Shown piece after piece: positions 1 through 10,227 of a stretch of 32,000 bases of DNA. The stretch is from an uncultured Chloroflexia bacterium (GTDB lineage: Bacteria > Chloroflexota > Ktedonobacteria > Ktedonobacterales > JADMIN01), in the NCBI GenBank assembly GCA_963718915.1, contig CAVRAI010000009.1, positions 180,001-212,000 on the forward strand, in the 5' to 3' direction. A model generated the notes under the pieces. The model saw nothing but the letters and a program-made list of their open reading frames with translations, was not told where the DNA came from and did not search any database. Position numbers and translations under genes: made by a program. Positions within the stretch are counted from its first letter, which is position 1. The number at the start of each line of letters is the position of its first letter.

Positions 1-234
1 GGACGGCACACGCCGTTCTTCAATGGCTACCGTCCGCAGTTCTACATTCGCACGACCGATGTGACGGGGGCGATTGGGCTGCCCGAAGGGGTCGAGATGG
101 TGATTCCGGGCGACAACGTGACGATGACGGTCGAGTTGCACGCCCCGGTGGCGCTGGAGGAGGGGAGCCGCTTCGCGATTCGTGAGGGCGGACGTACCGT
201 CGGCGCTGGCGCCGTCACCAAGGTCACCGTGTAA
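1..234 (+). CDS. tuf: Elongation factor Tu, C-terminal fragment (5' end outside window)
   Basis: Frame 1 reads [77 protein letters not shown], then TAA at 232-234. This is the classic EF-Tu domain III end, in the conserved position upstream of rpsJ. Confidence 0.95.
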   Translation, partial: GRHTPFFNGYRPQFYIRTTDVTGAIGLPEGVEMVIPGDNVTMTVELHAPVALEEGSRFAIREGGRTVGAGAVTKVTV

Positions 235-345
235 CCAATGAGTAGGGCCTCGTTCCCCAGGGAGCGGGGCCATTCGTCTGGAATAAGTGGCTCTGCGTCC
301 GCACTATTGAGGCTCGGACCTGAGACATGGAGAAAGTGAGTAGAG

Positions 346-663
<318 letters not shown>

Positions 664-865
664 CAGGAAACTGCTGTAGTTGCCGATGGCAGTGTCGGCA
701 CGCGGGACGAGAGGCTCGGAAGGCGCAATGTGCGCCGCGTGTCTGGAGCGCTTCGATGAGAACGCGATCCCCGGACACGTCGTCCACTGGCTGTGAAGTA
801 TCGCTTGCCAGCGGGCGCAACAAGCATCTGGCGCCTCGTGAATGGCGCTGCATGGAGAAGTTACG

Positions 866-1705
866 ATGTTGAGTGGAATGCTCGGCCGCAAGGTGGGGAT
901 GACGCAGATCTTTGGCGCGAATGGCGCCATCATCCCGGTCACCATCATCGAGGCCGGACCCTGCACGGTAACGCAGGTGAAGACGGAGACCAACGACGGC
1001 TATGAGGCCGTCCAGCTTGGCTTCGAGACCATTGAGGCTAAGCGCGCGACACGCCCGATGCTCGGCCACCTGGGCCATGAACTGAAGCCCACCGAGCGCC
1101 AGCACCGCGAGCAGCAGCGAACGCAGGCGAAAGTACGCCAGGCGGCTCGCCAGAAGAAACAGGCCACCGAGGCTGAGGCTGATCAGGCTGAATCCACGGA
1201 GGCAGGCGCGACAACGACGGCTCCCGCAAAGCGTGGCGCGAAGCGGCGTGGCGGCGCTGGCAAGGCGCTTGGCCCGTTCAAGGTGCTGCGCGAGGTGAAG
1301 GTCGTTGGCAACCTTCCGGCGGTTGGCGACGCAATCACAGTGGACATGTTTGCCGAGGGCGAAGAGGTCGATATCATCGGCACGTCGAAGGGCAAAGGCT
1401 TTGCTGGTGTCATGAAGCGCCATGGCTTCCATGGTGGCCAGCGGACGCACGGCCAGTCCGACCGCGCACGCGCCCCAGGCTCCATCGGCCCTGGCACCAC
1501 GCCAGGTCGTGTCTACAAGGGGACGCGCATGGCTGGCCGGATGGGCAACGAGCGCGTCACGGTAAAGGCGCTACGGATTGTCCAGGCGGACTCGGAGCGT
1601 AACCTGCTCGTTGTGCAAGGATCAGTGCCGGGCGCGAATGGCGGCCTGCTGGTGATCCGTAAGAGCGCCGTGCAGATGGCAGTCGCCGCGCGGCAGCGTG
1701 GCTAA
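866..1705 (+). CDS. rplC: 50S ribosomal protein L3, with ~65-aa internal low-complexity insertion
   Basis: [16 protein letters not shown] start motif with GGAGAAG RBS 6 nt upstream of ATG 866. [20 protein letters not shown] motif. The tracked ORF start at 842 is probably too long. Confidence 0.93.
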   Translation: MLSGMLGRKVGMTQIFGANGAIIPVTIIEAGPCTVTQVKTETNDGYEAVQLGFETIEAKRATRPMLGHLGHELKPTERQHREQQRTQAKVRQAARQKKQATEAEADQAESTEAGATTTAPAKRGAKRRGGAGKALGPFKVLREVKVVGNLPAVGDAITVDMFAEGEEVDIIGTSKGKGFAGVMKRHGFHGGQRTHGQSDRARAPGSIGPGTTPGRVYKGTRMAGRMGNERVTVKALRIVQADSERNLLVVQGSVPGANGGLLVIRKSAVQMAVAARQRG

Positions 1706-1726
1706 GCGGGGATTGAGGAGACAGAG

Positions 1727-2641
1727 ATGCCATCCGCGAATGTCTATGATATGGACGGCCAGATCGTCCGAGAAGAACATCTGGATAACTATGTGTTTGG
1801 CGCGCCAATCAATATGGCCGTGCTGCACCAGGTGGTGACGGCGCAGTTGGTGAACCGGCGGCAGGGAACGGCCTCGACCAAGACCCGCGCTGAGGTGAGT
1901 GGCGGCGGCAAGAAACCCTATCGTCAGAAGGGCACAGGCCGCGCGCGTCAGGGTTCCACCCGCGCGCCACACTGGCGTGGCGGTGGCACGGCCTTTGGCC
2001 CGCGCCCGCATGCCTATGAGCGCGCGATCCCGCGCAAGATGAAGCGCATCGCCATCCGGGCGGCGCTTTCGGACAAGGCGGCGAATGGGCGCATCCTGCT
2101 GATGGAGCGGATTGAGATCAACGCGCCGCGCACCAAAGACATGGAGGCGCTGCTCAGCAACCTGCCCGTCACCCGGACGGTGCTGATGCTGTTGCCGCAG
2201 CGTGACGAGAACGTTATTCTCTCGGCGCGTAATATTCCCTCGATCAGGCTCGGACATGTCGATTCCACGAACGTGATCGAGTTGCTCAAATATGACCACC
2301 TGCTGATGACGCTTGAGACGGCGCGCATCCTGGTCAAGAAGTTTGGCCGCGACGCCGATGACCGCCTGCAAATGAAGCGGCATCCGAATGTGGTGCTGCG
2401 GCGCAGGGCGCGCGCGGCTCATGAAGCGGCGAAGCTGGCGGCGTCTGGTAAGGCCACCGCGACCACGAAAACAACCAGAACGGCGAAGGCTGAGACGAAG
2501 GCGGACGAGAAGGCTCCGAAAGCCCCCCAGACGACGAAGGCCGCGACAACGACGGCCAAGGCTGACGCAACCGCCGAGAAGGCGCCGAAGAGCACCCGCA
2601 AGCGCGCCACCGAAAAAGCTGAGAAGGGCGGGGAGGAATAA
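1727..2641 (+). CDS. rplD: 50S ribosomal protein L4 with ~90-aa Lys/Ala/Thr-rich C-terminal tail
   Basis: GGGKKPYRQKGTGRARQGSTRAPHWRGGG motif. Synteny after rplC. GAGGAG RBS. Confidence 0.93.
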   Translation: MPSANVYDMDGQIVREEHLDNYVFGAPINMAVLHQVVTAQLVNRRQGTASTKTRAEVSGGGKKPYRQKGTGRARQGSTRAPHWRGGGTAFGPRPHAYERAIPRKMKRIAIRAALSDKAANGRILLMERIEINAPRTKDMEALLSNLPVTRTVLMLLPQRDENVILSARNIPSIRLGHVDSTNVIELLKYDHLLMTLETARILVKKFGRDADDRLQMKRHPNVVLRRRARAAHEAAKLAASGKATATTKTTRTAKAETKADEKAPKAPQTTKAATTTAKADATAEKAPKSTRKRATEKAEKGGEE

Positions 2642-2644
2642 ACG

Positions 2645-2962
2645 ATGGAGATTACCGAGGTTATTCGTCGCGGTATTCTGACCGAGAAATCGTCCGCCAT
2701 ACAGCAGCTCGATAACGGGCGCGGCAAGGTCATCCCGCAGTACACCTTCGAGGTGGCAATTGGCGCGAACAAGTTTCAGATCAAGCAGGCCGTCGAGGCA
2801 ATGTTCAATGTGAAGGTTGTCAGCGTCAATACGATGCGTATGCCCGGCAAAGCGCGCCAGATTCGGACGCGCAAGGGCATTTATCACGCTGAGGCTCACC
2901 CGTGGAAGAAAGCCATCGTCACGCTGGCTGACGGCGAGAGCATCGCGCAGTTGCAGCCATAG
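2645..2962 (+). CDS. rplW: 50S ribosomal protein L23
   Basis: 105 aa, ILTEKS...YTFEV...ANKFQIKQAVEAMFNVKV L23 pattern. Synteny. Confidence 0.93.
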   Translation: MEITEVIRRGILTEKSSAIQQLDNGRGKVIPQYTFEVAIGANKFQIKQAVEAMFNVKVVSVNTMRMPGKARQIRTRKGIYHAEAHPWKKAIVTLADGESIAQLQP

Positions 2963-2986
2963 GCGACGTTCTGGGAGGACGCAAAC

Positions 2987-3823
2987 ATGCCAATTCGTGT
3001 GTATAAGCCGACATCACCAGGACGACGCAACATGTCGGTCTCGACCTTTGATGAGATTACTCGCTCCCGCCCGGAGCGCTCATTGGTCGCGAAGAAGAAC
3101 AGTCGTGCTGGTCGCAACAACGAGGGCCACATCACGGCCCGACATCGCGGCGGCGGGGTGAAACGTCGCTACCGTGTCATCGATTTCAAGCGCAACAAGT
3201 ACGGCATTCCGGCGAAGGTCTTCTCGATTGAGTATGATCCGAATCGCTCGGCGCGTATCGCGCTGCTGCACTATGTTGACGGCGAAAAGCGCTACATCCT
3301 CGCGCCGAATGGCCTGAAGGTGGGCGACCATGTGATGAGCGGCCCGGAGGCCGATATCCGCGTGGGCAACGCATTGCCCCTGCGCAATATCCCGACCGGC
3401 ACCGTCATCCACAACATCGAGATGCACAAAGGGCGCGGCGGGCAGATCGTCCGCAGCGCGGGCACGGCGGCGCAGTTGATGGCGAAGGAAGGCGATTACG
3501 CAATCGTGCGTCTGCCTTCCGGCGAGCAGCGAACCATCCATCTCGAATGCATCGCGACGGTGGGCCAGGTGGGCAATCTCGACCACGAGAACGTGCGCAT
3601 CGGCAAGGCCGGACGCTCGCGCTATCTGGGACGCCGCCCGCATGTGCGCGGCTCGGTGATGAATCCCGTGGATCACCCGCATGGTGGTGGTGAGGGGCGC
3701 GCGCCAATCGGCGGCCAGCCACAGACTCCCTGGGGCAAGCCAGCGATGGGCTTCAGAACCCGCCACAACAAGCGGACTGATAAGTTTATTTTGCGACGTC
3801 GTAATGCCGGCAGGGGCCGGTAG
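2987..3823 (+). CDS. rplB: 50S ribosomal protein L2
   Basis: 278 aa, [15 protein letters not shown]...[14 protein letters not shown] canonical L2 motifs. Confidence 0.97.
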   Translation: MPIRVYKPTSPGRRNMSVSTFDEITRSRPERSLVAKKNSRAGRNNEGHITARHRGGGVKRRYRVIDFKRNKYGIPAKVFSIEYDPNRSARIALLHYVDGEKRYILAPNGLKVGDHVMSGPEADIRVGNALPLRNIPTGTVIHNIEMHKGRGGQIVRSAGTAAQLMAKEGDYAIVRLPSGEQRTIHLECIATVGQVGNLDHENVRIGKAGRSRYLGRRPHVRGSVMNPVDHPHGGGEGRAPIGGQPQTPWGKPAMGFRTRHNKRTDKFILRRRNAGRGR

Positions 3824-3844
3824 TCGGAACGGAAAGAGGATTCT

Positions 3845-4132
<288 letters not shown>

Positions 4133-4144
4133 CGGGGGGATTGT

Positions 4145-4522
4145 ATGCAGACACGGGCAATAGCCAAAAACGTGGGTCATCCGCCCCGCAAGGTGCGGCG
4201 CGTGACCGACGCCATCAAGGGGCGCCGCGTAAGCGAGGCGCTCGCGATTCTAAAGTTCCTGCCGAATATGCCGGCGCGCGATGTCTACAAGGTCGTCGCC
4301 TCGGCGGCAGCGAACGCCGAAAACAACTATAGCATGGATCCAGACGAACTCTGGGTGGTGAATGCGCTGGCCGATGAGGGCATGAAGCTCAAGCGCATGC
4401 GTGCCCGGCCGCATGGGCGCTTCTCGCGCATCCTGCGCCGCAGCACCCACATCACCGTCTACATTTCGGATGATCCAAATGACGTGCCACGCAAGGCGCG
4501 TGCGAATGCTCGTCGGCGGTAG
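4145..4522 (+). CDS. rplV: 50S ribosomal protein L22
   Basis: 125 aa, [25 protein letters not shown]...[21 protein letters not shown]22 pattern. Synteny. Confidence 0.93.
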   Translation: MQTRAIAKNVGHPPRKVRRVTDAIKGRRVSEALAILKFLPNMPARDVYKVVASAAANAENNYSMDPDELWVVNALADEGMKLKRMRARPHGRFSRILRRSTHITVYISDDPNDVPRKARANARRR

Positions 4523-4545
4523 GCTGCGGCAGAGGAGGCTCTCGA

Positions 4546-5646
4546 TTGGGGCATAAAGTTCATCCCACCGGCTTCCGGTTGGGCGTCATCAAAGGATGGG
4601 ACTCGCGCTGGTACGCCGACAAGACGTACAAAGACCTGCTTGCCGAAGATCGCAAGCTGCGCGACATCATCCGCAAGCGGCTGGCTAACGCGGGCATCTC
4701 GCGTATCGAGATCGAGCGGGTGGCCGGAACGCAAATCGCCATCACCATTCACACCGCCAAGCCGGGCATTGTCATTGGCAAGAGTGGTGAGAGTGTCGAG
4801 CGGTTGCGCCAGGATCTGGAGCGCCAGACGAAGAAGAAGGTGCGCCTGAGCATCGTCGAGATACGCACCCCCGAACTGGACGCGTATCTTGTGGCGCGCA
4901 GCATCGCCGACCAGCTCGAAAAGCGCGTCTCGTTCCGCCGGGCGATGAAACAGGGCGTGCAGAAGACGATGCGCTCGGGCGCCAAGGGCATCAAGGTCGT
5001 GATGGGTGGGCGGCTCGGCGGCGCTGAGATTGCGCGTGTCGAGAAGGAGTCTGAGGGCAGCGTGCCGTTGCAGACACTCCGCGCCGACATTGACTACGGC
5101 CTGGCCGAGGCGCACACCACCTATGGTGTCATCGGCATCAAGGTCTGGATCTATCACGGCGACGTGCTGCCGGAACGCCAGGGCGAGCGGGTCAGCCAGG
5201 GTGTCTCGTCGCCCGCGGCTGAGCGGGGCGAACATGGCGAGCGGCGCGGCGGTCCCCGTGGTGATCGTGGCGACCGTGGCGACCGTGGCGACCGTGGTGA
5301 TCGTGGTGGTCCACGCGGCGAGCGCGGCGGTCCACGCTCAGGTGGCCCGGGTGGCGAGCGCGGTGATCGTGGTGGTCCACGAACGGGCGGCCCACGAACG
5401 GGTCCACGCTCCGGTGGCTCAGGTGGCGCGGGTGGCTCACGGCCCAGCGCGACTGGTGGCGCTCCTCGCGCCCCACGGACACCGCGTCCGCCCGCTGGCG
5501 GCGCACGGGGCGGGGCTGAGGGCGGCGCGTCGGCCAGCCAGGCTGTGCCACCGACACCAGCGGCCACTGATTCTGCCGCCAACAATTCCAATCATCAGCC
5601 GACGGACACCGCTTCGACGCCAGAGACGAACAAATCTGACTCGTAG
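4546..5646 (+). CDS. rpsC: 30S ribosomal protein S3 with ~150-aa Arg/Gly/Pro/Asp-rich C-terminal tail
   Basis: TTG start preceded by [19 protein letters not shown]...[11 protein letters not shown] (KH domain)...[10 protein letters not shown]. The tail [26 protein letters not shown] is encoded by 9-bp repeats. Confidence 0.95.
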   Translation: MGHKVHPTGFRLGVIKGWDSRWYADKTYKDLLAEDRKLRDIIRKRLANAGISRIEIERVAGTQIAITIHTAKPGIVIGKSGESVERLRQDLERQTKKKVRLSIVEIRTPELDAYLVARSIADQLEKRVSFRRAMKQGVQKTMRSGAKGIKVVMGGRLGGAEIARVEKESEGSVPLQTLRADIDYGLAEAHTTYGVIGIKVWIYHGDVLPERQGERVSQGVSSPAAERGEHGERRGGPRGDRGDRGDRGDRGDRGGPRGERGGPRSGGPGGERGDRGGPRTGGPRTGPRSGGSGGAGGSRPSATGGAPRAPRTPRPPAGGARGGAEGGASASQAVPPTPAATDSAANNSNHQPTDTASTPETNKSDS

Positions 5647-5754
5647 CCGCTGAAATCGGCGTCCAACTGTCACATAGTTGTGGCCGCACGCGCATCGCCA
5701 CCGTACCAATACTTCGGGCGAGATGGCGGCGGCCGGCGAACTGGAGCATCTGCC

Positions 5755-6186
5755 ATGTTACTGGCGCCATCAAGAACCAAATATCGTAAACAACACCGCG
5801 GGCGTATGCGTGGCAAAGCCTATCGTGGCAGCACCATCGCCTTTGGTGAGTTCGCCTTGCAGGCGCTGGAGCCGGTCTGGTTGGAGGCGCGCCAGATCGA
5901 GGCCGCGCGTATCGCCATGACCCGTTTCATCAAGCGCGGTGGGAAGGTCTGGATTCGCGTCTTCCCTGATAAGCCTGTGACCTCCAAGCCAGCCGAGACC
6001 CGCATGGGTTCCGGCAAGGGCGCGCCCGACCACTGGGTTGCCGTGGTCAAGCCAGGGCGCATTCTCTTCGAGCTTGGCGGCGTCCGCGAAGACGTTGCCA
6101 AAGAGGCCATGCGGTTGGCGGCGAACAAGCTGCCCATTCAGACGAAATTTATCGTCCGGCAGGAGGCGGAAAGTGTCGAAGCTTAA
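5755..6186 (+). CDS. rplP: 50S ribosomal protein L16
   Basis: [22 protein letters not shown] start typical of L16 (ATG 5755). The tracked ORF start at 5680 adds a non-conserved 25 aa. Confidence 0.95.
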   Translation: MLLAPSRTKYRKQHRGRMRGKAYRGSTIAFGEFALQALEPVWLEARQIEAARIAMTRFIKRGGKVWIRVFPDKPVTSKPAETRMGSGKGAPDHWVAVVKPGRILFELGGVREDVAKEAMRLAANKLPIQTKFIVRQEAESVEA

Positions 6187-6436
6187 TGAACGCCGCCGTG
6201 AAATTCGGGCGATGAACATGCACGACGCGCAGCAGGAACTCAACGACCTGCGGCGTCATCTCTTTGAACTGCGCATCCGTAAGGATCGCGGCGAGATCAA
6301 GAATAATCGCGAATTTGCACAGGTCAGGGCAGATATCGCTCGGCTGATGTTCCATCTCAGCGAGTTGCAGAATGCTGCCGTGTTAGAGGCACAGGGTGCG
6401 CTGGAAGACGCGGCTGTTGCCAGTGAGGAGAAGTAG
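6173..6436 (+). CDS. rpmC: 50S ribosomal protein L29
   Basis: GTG 6173 overlaps the rplP end. [34 protein letters not shown]...ARL is an L29-like helical hairpin pattern. Synteny between rplP and rpsQ. Confidence 0.85.
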   Translation: MSKLNERRREIRAMNMHDAQQELNDLRRHLFELRIRKDRGEIKNNREFAQVRADIARLMFHLSELQNAAVLEAQGALEDAAVASEEK

Positions 6437-6438
6437 GC

Positions 6439-6843
6439 ATGGCGAAAAAGACTCCTGGCGAGTCGGCTCCGGTCGCCCAGCCACAACCGCAGGCGCAGCC
6501 GCAGCCCAAGCCACATCGCCGCCAACGCAAACAGGGGCGTGTCGCCAGCGACAAGATGCAGAAGACCATCGTCGTCGCGGTGGAGGAACTGAAGCGGCAC
6601 CGGGTCTACAAGCGCACCTATCGCTATACGACCAGGTTCAAGGCGCACGATGAGTATAACGAGGCCCGCATCGGCGATATGGTGGTGATCGAAGAGACAC
6701 GCCCGCTGAGCAAAGAGAAGCGGTGGAAGCTGGTCAAGATCCTCAATCGCGCGGTGCAGACCATGCCGGTGGAGGAAGTTGTGGCCCAGCTCGCGCCCGA
6801 ACTGTCTGAGACCGGCGAGGCCGAGACGGAAGACGAGGAGTAG
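6439..6843 (+). CDS. rpsQ: 30S ribosomal protein S17 with PQ-rich N-terminal and acidic C-terminal extensions
   Basis: Core [64 protein letters not shown]. Confidence 0.9.
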   Translation: MAKKTPGESAPVAQPQPQAQPQPKPHRRQRKQGRVASDKMQKTIVVAVEELKRHRVYKRTYRYTTRFKAHDEYNEARIGDMVVIEETRPLSKEKRWKLVKILNRAVQTMPVEEVVAQLAPELSETGEAETEDEE

Positions 6844-6846
6844 GAC

Positions 6847-7212
6847 ATGATTATGCCGCAGACACGGCTCAAGGTGGCCGATAATACCGGCGCCAAAGAG
6901 ATCATGTGCATCCGCGTCATGACGCCCAATAAGCGGTGGGCCAGCGTTGGAGACCTGATCAAGGCGTCGGTCAAAGTGGCGCAACCCAATGGCGCGGTCA
7001 AAAAGGGCGAGGTCGTCACGGCGGTGGTCGTGCGCGTCGCCAAAGAGTATGGCCGCCCCGATGGCAGCTATATCAAGTTCGACGAGAATGCGGCGGTCAT
7101 CATCTCCGCAGGCAACAATCCGCGCGGCACCCGCATCTTTGGGCCGGTTGCCCGCGAGCTGCGCGAGCGCAATTTTATGAAGATCATCTCACTCGCGCCG
7201 GAAGTGCTCTAA
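6847..7212 (+). CDS. rplN: 50S ribosomal protein L14
   Basis: [24 protein letters not shown]...[11 protein letters not shown] canonical L14. Confidence 0.96.
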   Translation: MIMPQTRLKVADNTGAKEIMCIRVMTPNKRWASVGDLIKASVKVAQPNGAVKKGEVVTAVVVRVAKEYGRPDGSYIKFDENAAVIISAGNNPRGTRIFGPVARELRERNFMKIISLAPEVL

Positions 7213-7277
7213 GAGCGCATCAGATAATCGGATAAGCGAGTGAAAAGGCCAAAGGGCAAGGGAGAAGGCTGAAGTAG

Positions 7278-7664
7278 ATGGCGACAACTCAGAAACATGA
7301 GAGAAAGCCCCTGCACCTGGCCAAGCTGCATGTGCACAAAGGCGATACTGTTCTGGTGCTGACAGGCAAAGACCGTGGCAAACGCGGAACGGTGCAGCGT
7401 TCGATGCCCCGCGATAACAAGGTGATCGTGGAGGGCATCAATATCGCCAAGAAGCATATGAAGGCGGGCCGGGGCATGGCGGCAGGCATCATCGAGAAGG
7501 CGATGCCGCTGCATGCATCCAATGTCATGGTCATCTGCACTGAGTGCGGCAAGCCAACACGCATTGGCCATGAGCGCGTGTCCCAGGGGACAGATGAGAA
7601 GGAGCGGGTGCGCCGGGTGTGCAAGCAGTGCGGCCAGCTTATTCAGGAACATACGAGGGACTAA
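7278..7664 (+). CDS. rplX: 50S ribosomal protein L24 (CxxC...CxxC variant)
   Basis: KLHVHKGDTVLVLTGKDRGKRGTVQR (KOW motif). C-terminal CTECGKPTRIGH...RRVCKQCGQ. Synteny. Confidence 0.9.
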   Translation: MATTQKHERKPLHLAKLHVHKGDTVLVLTGKDRGKRGTVQRSMPRDNKVIVEGINIAKKHMKAGRGMAAGIIEKAMPLHASNVMVICTECGKPTRIGHERVSQGTDEKERVRRVCKQCGQLIQEHTRD

Positions 7665-7667
7665 GCC

Positions 7668-8309
7668 ATGGCGACACCAAAAGCGACACCAAAAGCGACA
7701 TCAAAGGCGACATCAAAGGCGACATCAAAGGCGGCGCCACAGGCGGCGTCAAACACGCCAAGACTGAAAGAGCGCTATCGCAAAGAGATCGTTCCGGCGC
7801 TCATGAAAGAATTCAGCTACTCGAATGTCATGCAGGCGCCCGTTGTCCATAAGATCGTGATCAATATCGGCATGGGCGAGGCGATCCAGAACGCGAAGGC
7901 GATGGATAACGCGGTACGCGACCTGAGCGATATTACCGGCCAGCGGCCAGTGGTCACCAAGGCCAAGCGCTCGGTGGCGTCGTTCAAGCTGCGCGAAGGC
8001 ATGGCCATCGGCTGCACCGTGACGCTCCGCGGCGCCCGTATGTATGACTTTCTGGATAAGCTGGTAAGTGTGGCGCTGCCACGCCTGCGCGACTTCCAGG
8101 GTGTCTCGCGCGACTCATTCGATGGGCGTGGCAACTATACCCTGGGCATTCGCGAGCAACTGGTCTTCCCGGAGATCAATTACGACAGAATCGACAAAGT
8201 GCGCGGCATGGAGATCACTATCGTGACCACCGCCCGCACCGACGAAGAGGGGCGTCACCTGCTCCAACTGGTGGGCATGCCGTTCAAGCATCAGCAGACC
8301 CAGGTGTAA
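7668..8309 (+). CDS. rplE: 50S ribosomal protein L5 with N-terminal ATPK/ATSK repeat
   Basis: [18 protein letters not shown]...[28 protein letters not shown] canonical L5. N-terminal 28 aa encoded by a 12-bp tandem repeat. Confidence 0.94.
   Translation: MATPKATPKATSKATSKATSKAAPQAASNTPRLKERYRKEIVPALMKEFSYSNVMQAPVVHKIVINIGMGEAIQNAKAMDNAVRDLSDITGQRPVVTKAKRSVASFKLREGMAIGCTVTLRGARMYDFLDKLVSVALPRLRDFQGVSRDSFDGRGNYTLGIREQLVFPEINYDRIDKVRGMEITIVTTARTDEEGRHLLQLVGMPFKHQQTQV
7671..7754 (+). repeat. 12-bp tandem repeat (5 near-perfect + 2 degenerate copies) inside the rplE 5' end
   Basis: gcgacaccaaaa x2, gcgacatcaaag x3, then gcggcgccacag and gcggcgtcaaac. Read directly from the sequence. Confidence 0.85.
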
Positions 8310-8330
8310 GGCGTAAGGCGTAAGGCGTAA
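8307..8330 (+). repeat. 7-bp tandem repeat (TAAGGCG)x3+TAA starting at the rplE stop codon
   Basis: TAA at 8307, 8314, 8321 and 8328, so stops fall in all three + frames. Confidence 0.9.
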
Positions 8331-8462
8331 GCCAGCTATAACTCGTTTATGACGTTTGTTCTTCAAGAGTACCGCGATATGCGGGACTAAGGGCCCGGAA
8401 ACCGGTGTGAATCGTTGCACTGTTCCACCGAAGCCTGGTCCCTCGCCCTGGAGGGGGCAACG

Positions 8463-8648
8463 ATGGCAAAAACTTCGATGATCGTCAAGTCCCAGCGCAA
8501 GCCCAAGTTCAAAGTTCGCCAGCACAATCGCTGCAGCAAGTGCGGTCGGCCACGCGCCTATATGCGCAAGTTTGGTCTGTGCCGTATCTGCTTCCGTGAG
8601 GGCGCCCTGCGGGGCGAGTTGCCCGGCGTCACCAAGTCGAGCTGGTAG
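8463..8648 (+). CDS. rpsZ: 30S ribosomal protein S14, type Z (zinc-ribbon form, 61 aa)
   Basis: [46 protein letters not shown]...W. The internal ATG 8463 matches the canonical length. Confidence 0.93.
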   Translation: MAKTSMIVKSQRKPKFKVRQHNRCSKCGRPRAYMRKFGLCRICFREGALRGELPGVTKSSW

Positions 8649-8668
8649 GACTGCGAGGAGGGCTTGTA

Positions 8669-9064
8669 ATGAACATGACCGATCCCATCGCGGATATGCT
8701 GACACGCATCCGCAACGCGATCATGGCGCGCCATACGCGCGTGATCATTCCCGCCTCGAATATGAAGATCGCCATTGCGCGTATCCTCAAAGACGAAGGC
8801 TATATCAAAGATTTCGACGTCATCAAGGATAGTCCGCAGGGAACGATTCGCATCACCTTGCGCTATGTGGACAAGCGCCCGGTGCTCACTCAACTCAAGC
8901 GCGTGAGCAAGCCCGGCCTGCGCGTCTATACCCGCCGCGACGCCATTCCGCGCGTGCGTGGTGGCCTGGGCACGGCAATTATCTCGACGCCCAGCGGTTT
9001 GATGACGGGTCGCCAGGCATTCCAGCAGGGGCTTGGCGGCGAAGTGGTCTGCTACGTCTGGTAG
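8669..9064 (+). CDS. rpsH: 30S ribosomal protein S8
   Basis: [17 protein letters not shown]... canonical S8 N-terminus. 131 aa. Confidence 0.96.
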   Translation: MNMTDPIADMLTRIRNAIMARHTRVIIPASNMKIAIARILKDEGYIKDFDVIKDSPQGTIRITLRYVDKRPVLTQLKRVSKPGLRVYTRRDAIPRVRGGLGTAIISTPSGLMTGRQAFQQGLGGEVVCYVW

Positions 9065-9078
9065 TCAGGGGGTACGAA

Positions 9079-9633
9079 ATGTCGCGCATTGGACGGGCGC
9101 CGATTACGGTGCCAGCCGGTGTGAAGGTGGAAATTGGGTCAGGAAACGCCGTCACGGTGACCGGGCCGAAGGGCAGTCTGTCCCACACCTTCCCTGCGAT
9201 GCTGACAATCACCCAGGATGGTGATATCATCACCGTTTCCCGGCCTGATGACAGCAAGCAGAACAAGTCACTGCATGGACTTTCGCGGTCGCTGCTCAAC
9301 AATATGGTGGTCGGCGTCAAAGATGGCTTCTCTAAGAACCTCGAATTGCAGGGGGTGGGCTATCGTGTCGCGAAGGTCGGCGAGAATCTGGTCTTTCAGG
9401 TGGGTTTCTCGCACCCGGTGCAGGTGAACCCACCGCAAGGCATCTCATTCACCGTTGACGGCACGACCAAACTCAGCGTCGTTGGCATCGACAAGCATAT
9501 GGTGGGCCAGGTCGCGGCCAATATTCGCTCGATTCGCAAGCCGGAGCCCTATAAGGGCAAAGGCATTCGCTACAGCGGCGAGCGGGTACGCATGAAGGCT
9601 GGTAAGGCCGGGAAGGTCGGCGGCAAGAAGTAG
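9079..9633 (+). CDS. rplF: 50S ribosomal protein L6
   Basis: [17 protein letters not shown]...GVGYRV...[11 protein letters not shown] canonical L6. Confidence 0.95.
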   Translation: MSRIGRAPITVPAGVKVEIGSGNAVTVTGPKGSLSHTFPAMLTITQDGDIITVSRPDDSKQNKSLHGLSRSLLNNMVVGVKDGFSKNLELQGVGYRVAKVGENLVFQVGFSHPVQVNPPQGISFTVDGTTKLSVVGIDKHMVGQVAANIRSIRKPEPYKGKGIRYSGERVRMKAGKAGKVGGKK

Positions 9634-9786
9634 CCGTTCGACTCTGGCGGACCGCACTGGCCATGTCGAATGTTTCTCTTGTATTCTACGAGGCGCTGCC
9701 CGGTCGTGGGTGGACGTAGTGCCAGCCACGTCACGTAGTCCGGCTGGGAGGCCTCCTGTTATGAAAGTCTGCATGGAGCAGAAGAG

Positions 9787-10212
9787 ATGATTAAGAAGCA
9801 GTATTCCAATCAGGCGCGCCTGCGGCGGCACCAGCGCGTGCGCAAGAAGGTTTCGGGCACGAGCCAGCGGCCGCGCCTCGCCGTCTTCCGAAGCGCCACG
9901 CAGATCTACGCACAGGTGATTGACGACACGCGGAACCATACGCTGGTGGCTGCCTCGTCGCGCGATCCGCAGTTCGCGGCGGAGGCCAAAAAAGCTGAGA
10001 CGCTGACGGAGAACGATGAGACGGCGGCGGCGATCAAGGGGCTGACGGAGAACAAGCGCGTCATTCAGGCGTGGCAGGTTGGCCAGGTCATCGCGCAGCG
10101 GGCGAAGGCGCTGGGCATCACGTCGGTGGTCTTTGACCGCGGTGGCTATATTTATCATGGGCGCATAGCGGCGCTGGCCGAGGGCGCCCGCAAGGGTGGC
10201 CTGGACTTCTAG
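9787..10212 (+). CDS. rplR: 50S ribosomal protein L18
   Basis: [32 protein letters not shown]...[28 protein letters not shown]. Confidence 0.92.
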   Translation: MIKKQYSNQARLRRHQRVRKKVSGTSQRPRLAVFRSATQIYAQVIDDTRNHTLVAASSRDPQFAAEAKKAETLTENDETAAAIKGLTENKRVIQAWQVGQVIAQRAKALGITSVVFDRGGYIYHGRIAALAEGARKGGLDF

Positions 10213-10227
10213 GGCGCGGGGGAGCAC

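Noticed and set aside
5006-5773. Overlapping ORFs in other frames and on the other strand across the S3 tail (5006-5653 +, 5154-5591 -, 5192-5773 -), and across the S5 tail (10275-10958 -, 10652-11047 +)
   Set aside because: These are by-products of GC-rich triplet and 9-bp repeats that lack stops in every frame. The S3 and S5 frames are continuous with conserved cores.
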